From the IMG/VR virus record IMGVR_UViG_3300021400_000042: a stretch of DNA of 64,000 nt; one strand, 5' to 3'. Source of the stretch: a virus. This document shows positions 1-7,765 of this stretch, piece by piece; the first letter of the stretch is position 1, and the number at the start of each line of letters is the position of its first letter. The notes under the pieces are model-generated. The model did not search any database, was not told the DNA's origin, and saw only the letters and a program-made list of their open reading frames with translations. The position numbers were made by a program, and so were the translations under genes.

Positions 1-2
1 AG

Positions 3-74
3 ACAGACCAGACAGAGAACGGAGGAAATGGCGGCGGTCCGCTTCCCACACCCGCAGGCGGTGATGAAGAGTGA
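3..74 (+). CDS. 3' end of a CDS truncated by the window edge (…TENGGNGGGPLPTPAGGDEE*); plausibly the portal C-terminus if the genome is circularly permuted
   Basis: Frame is open from the window edge to TGA at 72-74. The stop overlaps the GTG start of the next gene. Confidence 0.3.
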   Translation, partial: TDQTENGGNGGGPLPTPAGGDEE

Positions 75-1219
75 CACAGGCAGAACTTGAAAAGAAAGTC
101 GATATAATCATGCAGCGTTTCGATGAGGTAAACGCTTTTTTTATTGCCAAAGTAGCAGACCAGGTTATGAGAGTGGGGAAGCTCATACCTTCCACCATGA
201 ACATAATTTCTGTTATGGCAAGTATGAATGAGGATATCGCGGCGATCAATCAGAAGATTGCGGCAGCACTGAGAATGAGTATCCCGGATCTGTATGACCT
301 GTACAACGATGCCATGCAGAGCCATTACAGGGATCCGCGTTTTGTACGGGCGCTGCAGGAAACGCCTTTGACGGACAGCGCGAAAGCCAGGATCCGGCAT
401 TTTACGGAAGCGGTCAGCAGACAGACGGCCGGAACCATGATAAACCTGTCAAACACTACAATAGCGTCCAATGTATACCGGCATACCGTCGATAATGCGA
501 TCCTTGCAGTCAGCAGCGGATTGACTGATTACAGGTCAGCTACACGGCAGAGCATTAGGGACCTGGGACACAATGGCCTGCAGATGCAGTATCCTTCCGG
601 GTATCACAGACGGCTGGATACTGCTGTCCGACAGAATATCATAGACGGCGCGAACCAGATTGCACAGCAGGGGTCAATCCTGATGGGGGAAGAGTTGGGC
701 TATGATGCCTATGAGCTTTCCGCGCATGTACGATCAGCGCCGGATCATGAACCGATACAGGGCAGAGTGTTCCTGATTGCAGAGTTTGAGAAGCTGCAGA
801 ATCAGCAGCCCTTTGAAGACGTTGACGGGAACCAGTACGAAGCAATCCGCCGGCCTATCGGTGAGTGGAACTGTATGCATATCGCTATGGCCTTCTCTAC
901 GAAGTATTCAAAGCGGCAGTATACAGACGCACAGCTCAAAAAGTGGGCAGATGACAATGAGAAGGGCTGCATGATAGGCGGAAAGCACTATACCACCTAT
1001 GAGGCGGCACAGCTCATGAGACAGATTGAAACACAGGTCCGGCGGGAGAAGGATACAGCCAATGCCGCGAGAATTGCCGGTGACGATGTTCTCCGGAGAG
1101 AATGCCAGATCCGGATCAATAACCTGGCAAGGAAGTATCAGGAAGTTGTTCAAGCATCAGGCTTGAAAGCCCGAAAAGAGCGCATGAGCGTGGAGGGCTT
1201 CAGGATGGTTAAAGTATAA
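71..1219 (+). CDS. head morphogenesis / minor capsid protein (MuF / SPP1 gp7-like)
   Basis: 382-aa ORF located between portal and scaffold/capsid genes. The motif …SAHVRSAPDHEPIQGRVF… resembles MuF-type minor head proteins. Confidence 0.65.
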   Translation: MTQAELEKKVDIIMQRFDEVNAFFIAKVADQVMRVGKLIPSTMNIISVMASMNEDIAAINQKIAAALRMSIPDLYDLYNDAMQSHYRDPRFVRALQETPLTDSAKARIRHFTEAVSRQTAGTMINLSNTTIASNVYRHTVDNAILAVSSGLTDYRSATRQSIRDLGHNGLQMQYPSGYHRRLDTAVRQNIIDGANQIAQQGSILMGEELGYDAYELSAHVRSAPDHEPIQGRVFLIAEFEKLQNQQPFEDVDGNQYEAIRRPIGEWNCMHIAMAFSTKYSKRQYTDAQLKKWADDNEKGCMIGGKHYTTYEAAQLMRQIETQVRREKDTANAARIAGDDVLRRECQIRINNLARKYQEVVQASGLKARKERMSVEGFRMVKV

Positions 1220-1230
1220 AGGAGGCACAC

Positions 1231-1686
1231 ATGGAATTCAGAGAAGCATTCAAAGCAATGAGAGCGGGTAAGAAGGTTCGTCTTCCGAGTTGGTCCGGTT
1301 ACTGGGCGTGGGAGAACGGCACAATTATGATGCACTGTCATGACGGGAAGGTGCTGGACATCCGAAACACGGACGATCCTGCATACACCTTTACAAACAT
1401 CGCGTCTTCCGCCTGGAAGATTGTTGGTGAGATGACCGATCTGAAAGATACGGCAGCGGCCATGGTATCTGCTGACTACAAAGAGCGGTTCAAAGCAGAG
1501 TATTACCAGACCGTCATCCGGTTCAAAAAGCTGATGGTAATGCTGAAAAAGTGGGATGCTGGAAAACTGGACTTCACACCGACCTGCTGCAGAGGTATCT
1601 ATAATCTTCAGATCCGTGCTATGGCTGACTATATTGCAGCCCTGGAAGCACGCGCACAGATCGAAGGCATTAAGTTGGAGGGATGA
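1231..1686 (+). CDS. DUF2829 / Tad2-like (Thoeris anti-defence 2-like) N-domain fused to a C-terminal helical domain
   Basis: N-terminus MEFREAFKAMRAGKKVRLPSWSG…NIASSAWKIV matches my recollection of the DUF2829 pattern (FxEAlxAlkxGKKVrr…W…DWxiV). The C-terminal half is a helical domain (KERFKAEYYQTVIRFKKL…). RBS AGGAGG lies upstream. Confidence 0.6.
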   Translation: MEFREAFKAMRAGKKVRLPSWSGYWAWENGTIMMHCHDGKVLDIRNTDDPAYTFTNIASSAWKIVGEMTDLKDTAAAMVSADYKERFKAEYYQTVIRFKKLMVMLKKWDAGKLDFTPTCCRGIYNLQIRAMADYIAALEARAQIEGIKLEG

Positions 1687-1689
1687 GAG

Positions 1690-1938
1690 ATGCAGGAAAA
1701 AGCAAGACAGATTGTGATGGAATATTTCAACAGTCATGCTGATGTGACCGACGGCGTACAGATCAGCATGGAGGACGTGTATGTTGTCTGGTTCAGTAAG
1801 ACGCTGCAGAACTGGAAAGCTCTGGTAAGCACTAAGGTTCCGGATAACAAATATTATGAGCTTACCTACAACGGGGACAAGGGCGAAACCTATGTTGACG
1901 TTTACGTGAAACTGGACAACCAGGTTGTGAAGGATTGA
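1690..1938 (+). CDS. hypothetical small protein (accessory island)
   Basis: 82-aa ORF, tightly packed after the previous gene, with protein-like composition. Confidence 0.6.
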   Translation: MQEKARQIVMEYFNSHADVTDGVQISMEDVYVVWFSKTLQNWKALVSTKVPDNKYYELTYNGDKGETYVDVYVKLDNQVVKD

Positions 1939-1951
1939 GGAGGGCAGGAAC

Positions 1952-2428
1952 ATGAGAAAGTTCATAAATCTCAGCGCTCCGTGGGTCCTTTTTTACAGAG
2001 AGATAGAAGCCCTGTTTAAAGAGGATCCGGCTGTCAGGGTTGAATATGATGAGGCCAATCAGACGATCAGGCTGTATGTGGAAGGCGAAGAAAAAGCGGA
2101 CGCGCTGGCGCAGTTGCTTCCGACAGTGAGGACATTCGGAGATGTCGTGGTAAAGGTGGCGGTCATTCCGGCCAACTTAAAGGGTCCTTCCAAGCTGCAG
2201 TTGTTTCAGAAAGCATTTGAGGGCAATCCTGCACTTGCATTTATTCAGGGCGGCAGCAGTGGTGTTTTTGATCTCAACTATGTGGTGTTTAAGAGTAAAG
2301 TTGTTCAGTTCAAGAGTGATGATATCGGGGATGTGAACGGCCTGACATCTACTCTGTATCAGAACATCGCAAAGGATCTTTTTGAGGATGTCCGCGGAAT
2401 ATTCTTCTGCACGGAAATTGCAGAATGA
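1952..2428 (+). CDS. hypothetical protein (accessory island)
   Basis: 158-aa ORF with RBS GAGGAGG upstream, followed by terminators. Confidence 0.65.
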   Translation: MRKFINLSAPWVLFYREIEALFKEDPAVRVEYDEANQTIRLYVEGEEKADALAQLLPTVRTFGDVVVKVAVIPANLKGPSKLQLFQKAFEGNPALAFIQGGSSGVFDLNYVVFKSKVVQFKSDDIGDVNGLTSTLYQNIAKDLFEDVRGIFFCTEIAE

Positions 2429-2440
2429 AGCAGCAAATCT

Positions 2441-2462
2441 GCACATTATGTGCCGGTTTTTG
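2441..2462 (+). terminator. hairpin GCACA-TTA-TGTGC followed by a T-run
   Basis: Read directly; lies just after the stop at 2428. Confidence 0.45.
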
Positions 2463-2518
2463 TAAAAATTCCGCAAAAATCGGGGTTAAAACTCTGAAAA
2501 ACATAATTTTGTTGATAA

Positions 2519-2543
2519 GCCTCTGAGAAATCAGGGGCTTTTC
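2519..2543 (+). terminator. rho-independent terminator (8-bp stem, GAAA loop, T-run)
   Basis: GCCTCTGA-GAAA-TCAGGGGC followed by TTTTCAT. Confidence 0.65.
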
Positions 2544-2654
2544 ATATATCTACTACCCGGCGTTGCAGGGATATAAATGCGACGGTTCAGCCATACCGCT
2601 GAGTGGCAGCGGAAATACAAATTAAATCAAGCATGAACGACAGGAGGAACAGAC

Positions 2655-3326
2655 ATGGAATTTTTGAAAGCACTTTTCGGAGATGAAGCATTGACCTATG
2701 ACCAGCTTGCGGCAAAGGTGGCAGAGGGCAAACTGAATGTTGTCAATATTGCGGACGGGTCCTACGTGAGCCGGAACAAGTTTGATGACACAGTGAACGG
2801 CCTGAAATCTCAGGTAACTGACCTTCAGGGGCAGATAGCGCAGAGAGACACCGATCTTGCCGGCCTGAATGAACAGCTCACAGCTGCACAGGCGGACGCT
2901 GGACAGCTTGCAGAAGCTCAGAAACAGCTTTCCGCGCTGCAGTCCAAGTATGACAAGGACAGTAAGGCGTGGGAGGCAAAGAACGCACAGCAGGCCTATG
3001 AATATGCTGTCAGAAGCAAGGCCGGTGAACTGAAGTTCACGAGCGCGGCAGCAAAGAAAGACTTTATCAGGGAGGCCATTGCACAGGGATTCAAGATGGA
3101 TGGCGATACGCTGATGGGCTACACAGACTTTGTGGCGAAGTACCAGGAGAATGATCCGGGTGCATTCGTGAAAGAAACGCCTGCAGCAGATCCGAAACCG
3201 GCGGATCCGACTCCTACGATTGTGCTTCCGGGAAAGTCCAATCCTAACCCTCATAAGATGTCTCTGGCGGAAGCTATGAAGGCAAAAAATGAAAACCCGA
3301 ACATGGAAATCAATTTTGAAAGCTGA
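2655..3326 (+). CDS. capsid scaffolding protein
   Basis: 223-aa coiled-coil, Q/A/K-rich ORF immediately upstream of the major capsid gene. Confidence 0.65.
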   Translation: MEFLKALFGDEALTYDQLAAKVAEGKLNVVNIADGSYVSRNKFDDTVNGLKSQVTDLQGQIAQRDTDLAGLNEQLTAAQADAGQLAEAQKQLSALQSKYDKDSKAWEAKNAQQAYEYAVRSKAGELKFTSAAAKKDFIREAIAQGFKMDGDTLMGYTDFVAKYQENDPGAFVKETPAADPKPADPTPTIVLPGKSNPNPHKMSLAEAMKAKNENPNMEINFES

Positions 3327-3357
3327 TTTCCGCTGATTACCAGAAAGGAGAATAGAA

Positions 3358-4428
3358 ATGCCTGGTATTTTTGATAACAAACTTTTCAATGCAGAGGTAT
3401 TCCAGAAGTACGTTGATCGTATCCCGAACCTCAACAGAAACGAGCTGATTCGCTCTCGTGCGGTACGTCCGAGACCGGATCTTGCTGCAGCTATGGCCGA
3501 TCAGGTGGGCGGCAACTATCTGACCACTCCGCTGTATGGCCTCATCAATGGCGCTGAAGTCCAGAACTATGACGGTAACACTGACATCGATTCCAATGAG
3601 ACTGTGACCTTCAGTCACTCCCGTGTCGTTGTCGGCCGTGCGCAGTCCTGGGTTGAGCGTGATTTCAGTTACGATATCACCGGAGGCGTTGACTTCCTGG
3701 AGAACGTGGCACAGCAGATCGCTGAATACTGGGAGGAAGTCGATCAGGCTACGATCGTTCACATCCTGAACGGTGTGTTTGCTATGACCGATACCGAAGG
3801 TAAGAAGTTCGTCGATGGCCATACCCTGGACATCACTGCGAAGGAGAACAGTGAGGGTGTTACCGGTGTAATGGACGGAACTACTCTGAATATCGCTATG
3901 CAGCAGGCCTGCGGTGATAACAAGGGTAAGTTCTCCCTGGCTATCATGCATTCCTTTGTCGCGACGAACCTTGAAAACCTGAGACTTCTGGCCTATCTGA
4001 AGTACACGGACGCTTCCGGTATGCAGCGTGACCTTGCTATCGGTACGCTGAACGGCAGAACCGTCCTCGTGGACGATAACATGCCGGTCAAGACTACCGG
4101 AACCGGTGCGGAAGCAAAGACCACCTATACCACCTATGTTCTGGGTGACGGCGCTATCGAGTACACCGATTGCGGCGCAAAGGTCCCGTATGAGACTGAC
4201 CGTGATCCGGCCAAGAACGGCGGCCAGGATACCCTGTATTCCCGTCAGAGAAAGTGCTTTGCTCCGTATGGTATTTCCTTCACGAAGAAGAGCATGACTT
4301 CTCTGTCCCCGACTGATGCGGAACTGGAAAAGGGTCAGAACTGGGAGCTGGTAAACAGCACCGGAGACACCAAACAGTATATCGCTCACAAGGCTATCCC
4401 GATTGCACGTATCATTTCCCTGGGCTGA
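3358..4428 (+). CDS. major capsid protein
   Basis: 356-aa ORF after the scaffold gene with a strong RBS. Its size and position are typical of a major capsid protein. Confidence 0.8.
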   Translation: MPGIFDNKLFNAEVFQKYVDRIPNLNRNELIRSRAVRPRPDLAAAMADQVGGNYLTTPLYGLINGAEVQNYDGNTDIDSNETVTFSHSRVVVGRAQSWVERDFSYDITGGVDFLENVAQQIAEYWEEVDQATIVHILNGVFAMTDTEGKKFVDGHTLDITAKENSEGVTGVMDGTTLNIAMQQACGDNKGKFSLAIMHSFVATNLENLRLLAYLKYTDASGMQRDLAIGTLNGRTVLVDDNMPVKTTGTGAEAKTTYTTYVLGDGAIEYTDCGAKVPYETDRDPAKNGGQDTLYSRQRKCFAPYGISFTKKSMTSLSPTDAELEKGQNWELVNSTGDTKQYIAHKAIPIARIISLG

Positions 4429-4467
4429 TTGTCCAGGGATTTCTGCTGAAGACGGGAGGTGCTACAC

Positions 4468-4851
4468 ATGATGTACCTGACATACGAAGAGTACAAAGGA
4501 TACGGCGGGGATCTCCCGGAAACGGATTTCATTCTGTTTGAGCATAGGGCAAGAAAGCGGATTGACTACTGGACAGACTGCCGTGTTCAGAACATGGCAG
4601 CAGTGCCGGAAGCAGTCAAGCTGTGCATGATGCAGATTATTAAGCTGGACGGAAAATTCGGTGTGGACGCGCAAACGGATAATCCGGTTGTCGCGTCCTT
4701 CAATACTGACGGATATTCGGAAAGCTACGGAAGTGCATCTGACCAGGCGGCGGCTGCAGAGGCGAGTCTGTATAAAACCGTGAGAAGCCTGTTATACGGC
4801 GAAAAGGATGACTACGGTACACCGTTACTTTACCGGGGGGTGTACGGATGA
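4468..4851 (+). CDS. head-tail connector (gp6-like) protein
   Basis: Position after the capsid gene. ATG at 4468 is preceded by GGGAGG (the track ORF starts at GTG 4459). Confidence 0.5.
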   Translation: MMYLTYEEYKGYGGDLPETDFILFEHRARKRIDYWTDCRVQNMAAVPEAVKLCMMQIIKLDGKFGVDAQTDNPVVASFNTDGYSESYGSASDQAAAAEASLYKTVRSLLYGEKDDYGTPLLYRGVYG

Positions 4852-5255
4852 AAGAATGTAATGAGACGATAACTGTTTTTAACACACGCCTGGATGATGA
4901 CAAGGGGTATGACCTGTACGTCCCTACAATCATCCGGGGCGTTTCGTGGTTCTGTGAAATTGCATCGAATGTAGATTCTTCAGGATTGAAAGCAGCCAAT
5001 AAATTCATAATCCGTATCCCTGTTGACGCGGATTTCTCTGATAAGGCATATGTCCCGCCTGCGGCATATGCGGGAGGTGATCCTAATACCGTTTTTACCC
5101 TGAAACAAGGTGATGTCATAGTGCATGGAGAGGAAACGGAACCTATGCAGCCTGCACAGCTGCAGGAAAAGTATGGGGAACTGGTAACGATCCTGGGCGT
5201 GACGGACAGCAGCAGGCGGCCGCACGCGAAGCACTGGAAGGTGGTGGGGGCATGA
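4848..5255 (+). CDS. head-tail joining protein (head closure-like)
   Basis: Overlapping stop/start within the neck gene run. Confidence 0.4.
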   Translation: MKECNETITVFNTRLDDDKGYDLYVPTIIRGVSWFCEIASNVDSSGLKAANKFIIRIPVDADFSDKAYVPPAAYAGGDPNTVFTLKQGDVIVHGEETEPMQPAQLQEKYGELVTILGVTDSSRRPHAKHWKVVGA

Positions 5256-5710
5256 TCGAATTCAAAGCGAGAAAGGAATTCATGGATCTGGATACAGAAA
5301 AGCTGCTTGCGCGGTTTAATCTGGAATCCGGCGGAATGGTCCAGAAGGCCATAGACGCGGCGGTCATCCGCTACGATATGCAGTATGTTCCATGGGATAC
5401 CGGAACGCTTGCGAGAAGCCCTTACTCAGTTACAGCCATAGGCAGCGGTGAAGTGGTGTATCCCGGACCGTATGCCCACTATATGTATTATGGTGAGGTC
5501 TATGGTCCGAATATTCCGGTTTTTGAGGATGACAGCGGAGAGCCTACAAGATGGTTTTCGCCACCCGGGAGAGAGAAGCATCCGACGGGAAGACCGCTGG
5601 AATACAGTCAGGAACCGAACCCACTTGCCGGATCCTATTGGTTTGAGCGCATGAAGGCAGACCACCTTCAGGACATCATAGAAGAGGCACGAAGAGCAGT
5701 AGGGAGGTAA
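5252..5710 (+). CDS. HK97 gp10-like neck / tail-component protein
   Basis: Motif VPWDTGTLARS…GPYAHYMYYG resembles the HK97 gp10 family. Confidence 0.55.
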   Translation: MIEFKARKEFMDLDTEKLLARFNLESGGMVQKAIDAAVIRYDMQYVPWDTGTLARSPYSVTAIGSGEVVYPGPYAHYMYYGEVYGPNIPVFEDDSGEPTRWFSPPGREKHPTGRPLEYSQEPNPLAGSYWFERMKADHLQDIIEEARRAVGR

Positions 5711-5715
5711 TCGGA

Positions 5716-6153
5716 ATGCCGGACATAAATAACACAGAGGCATTGAGAGACTGGTTCCGTACCTGTCCCGTGATACAGAAAGGGAATCGGTTCCGTGTGG
5801 ATTATGTGGCGGAGAATCCGACAGAATACGCGATTTATGCGGTTCCTTCTACTCTGCGGTATCACGAAAACATTCTGGGTGAGGAAGTCCTGGACGATAT
5901 CCAAACACAGAATTTCATTTTTGCATCCAAAGAGCATTACGGCGCTGACATTCAGCAGAACCTTGCGAACCTGGGATTTCATCAGGCCGTTGTTGAATGG
6001 ATCTTAGAGCAGAATACAGCAAGGAATTTCCCGGAATGGTCCGGCGGATACGTCAAATCCATCGTACCTACACTGACCGGATATCCGGTACAGGTCGGGA
6101 GCAGCGCAGCAAAGTATCAGATACAGTTAAAAATCACATACAGGAGAGTGTAA
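5716..6153 (+). CDS. tail completion-like protein
   Basis: Synteny only: it lies directly upstream of the major tail gene. Confidence 0.4.
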   Translation: MPDINNTEALRDWFRTCPVIQKGNRFRVDYVAENPTEYAIYAVPSTLRYHENILGEEVLDDIQTQNFIFASKEHYGADIQQNLANLGFHQAVVEWILEQNTARNFPEWSGGYVKSIVPTLTGYPVQVGSSAAKYQIQLKITYRRV

Positions 6154-6155
6154 TC

Positions 6156-6635
6156 ATGGCAGGAAAAATTGAAAGAAAATACCTTGCACATTTTATTGAT
6201 GCCTCCTTCAATGGTACTCCCGTGAACTATATCCGTCTGGGTAAAGATCTGGAAGAGTACAACGAGGAGCTGAATCCGGATGTCGAGGTAAGCCAGAACA
6301 TTCTTGGTGAACAGAATGTTCAGCACAATGGCTATGAAGTTCAGAGTGAGGTTGATCCTTTCTATGCGTATGAAGGTGATCCGATGTTTACGCGCCTTTG
6401 CAAGATTGCAAATGAGCGCCTGACCGGTGATGCCTGCATGACCACGAAGGTTGACGTGCTGCTGAAGGCAGACGGGACCGTCGAGTGGGCGTATTGTGAG
6501 GACTGCTACGTCGTGCCTAATACGGTCGGCGGCGATACTTCCGGTGTCCAGGTTCCGTTTACGGTTTACAATGCCGGCAACCGGAAGAAGGGTACTTTCA
6601 ACATGAGTACGAAGAAGTTTACCGCTACCACCTGA
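6156..6635 (+). CDS. major tail protein
   Basis: Internal ATG at 6156 (MAGKIERKYLAHFID…) preceded by GGAGAG. It lies upstream of the chaperone pair and tape measure. The track ORF's N-terminal extension overlaps the previous gene. Confidence 0.6.
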   Translation: MAGKIERKYLAHFIDASFNGTPVNYIRLGKDLEEYNEELNPDVEVSQNILGEQNVQHNGYEVQSEVDPFYAYEGDPMFTRLCKIANERLTGDACMTTKVDVLLKADGTVEWAYCEDCYVVPNTVGGDTSGVQVPFTVYNAGNRKKGTFNMSTKKFTATT

Positions 6636-6709
6636 TAGCGGACGGCAGAAACAGATAACAGGGAGTTTGGTATAGACCAGGCTCCCTTTTCTTATGAATG
6701 GAGGCAAAC

Positions 6710-7192
6710 ATGGCAGAAGAAAAGAAACAGGCAGCATTAAAGATTGTCATTGATGACGGCAGTCAGCGGATCCCGATTGAAAACATGAACGGGGATGAAA
6801 TCGGTGTGTTCTATTTCCATCCTACGGATGTGGGTATCATCGAGCGCTACAACGAAACAATGTCCAAATTTGACGAGATCGTGGCTCCCCTGGAAGAGAT
6901 CGATATCAACGCGGACGGTACGGCAGATGCAAATGACGAGGCGGCCGCCAAAGCCCTGAAAGAAGCAGAAAAGCGGCTTTATGAGGCCTGTGATTATATA
7001 TTCGGCGGAAACATGTCCGAAGCATTTTTCGGGAAAATGCACCCGTTTTCCCCGGTGGGCGGACTCTTCTACTGTGAGAGTGCGCTGAATAAGGTTGGAG
7101 CCTTTATTTCAGAGCAGTTTGAACAGGAGACTACGAAGATCAACAGCCGCCTGAAACAGTATGTAGGAAAGTACGGTAAGGGCAAAAAATGA
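6710..7192 (+). CDS. tail assembly chaperone
   Basis: Acidic ~160-aa ORF upstream of the tape measure. GGAGG lies 5 nt before ATG 6710. Confidence 0.6.
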   Translation: MAEEKKQAALKIVIDDGSQRIPIENMNGDEIGVFYFHPTDVGIIERYNETMSKFDEIVAPLEEIDINADGTADANDEAAAKALKEAEKRLYEACDYIFGGNMSEAFFGKMHPFSPVGGLFYCESALNKVGAFISEQFEQETTKINSRLKQYVGKYGKGKK

Positions 7193-7749
7193 TCGGTGTA
7201 CTTCCGACAAGCCTTGAAGTAAGCGGAAAAGAGTATGCAATACGGAGTGATTTCCGGGACATCCTCACAATCATAACAGCTTTCAATGATCCGGATTTAG
7301 AGGACAAAGAAAAGATGTTTGCATGTCTGTACATTCTCTATGAGGATTTTGAGGATATGCGGAATGAGGAATACGAAGAGGCCTATATGCAGGCCATCCG
7401 CTTTATTGACTGCGGTGACGAACCCAAAGACGGGAAGCATCCGCGTCTGATGGACTGGGAACAGGATGAACGGATCCTGTTTCCGGCCATCAACAGTGTG
7501 GCAGGATATGAAACACGGTCCAGCAAATACGTTCACTGGTGGACGTTCGTTGGGTATTTTATGGAGATCCATGAAGGCGTGTTTTCACAGGTGCTATCTC
7601 TGCGACAGAAAAAGTCAAAGGGCAAAAAGTTGGAAAAATGGGAGCAGGAATTCTGGCGTTCAAACAGAGAACTATGCGTCCTGCAGCACAAACTATCCAA
7701 AGAAGAGAAGGAAGAAAGAGACCGGCTGAATGCCCTGTTAAATGGCTAA
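7189..7749 (+). CDS. Gp15-family tail assembly protein (-1 frame relative to the previous gene)
   Basis: N-terminus MIGVLPTSLEVSGKEYAIRSDFRDIL… resembles the phage Gp15 family. ATGA overlap sits next to an A6 run. Confidence 0.6.
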   Translation: MIGVLPTSLEVSGKEYAIRSDFRDILTIITAFNDPDLEDKEKMFACLYILYEDFEDMRNEEYEEAYMQAIRFIDCGDEPKDGKHPRLMDWEQDERILFPAINSVAGYETRSSKYVHWWTFVGYFMEIHEGVFSQVLSLRQKKSKGKKLEKWEQEFWRSNRELCVLQHKLSKEEKEERDRLNALLNG

Positions 7750-7765
7750 TGGGAGGTGAGAAAGC

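Noticed and set aside
1150-1965. 271-aa minus-strand ORF
   Set aside because: It is antisense to three well-packed plus-strand genes, with no RBS and low-complexity composition.
5997-6635. N-terminal 53-codon extension of the major tail ORF
   Set aside because: The extension overlaps the previous gene in another frame and is Arg-rich. An internal ATG at 6156 with an RBS gives a typical start.
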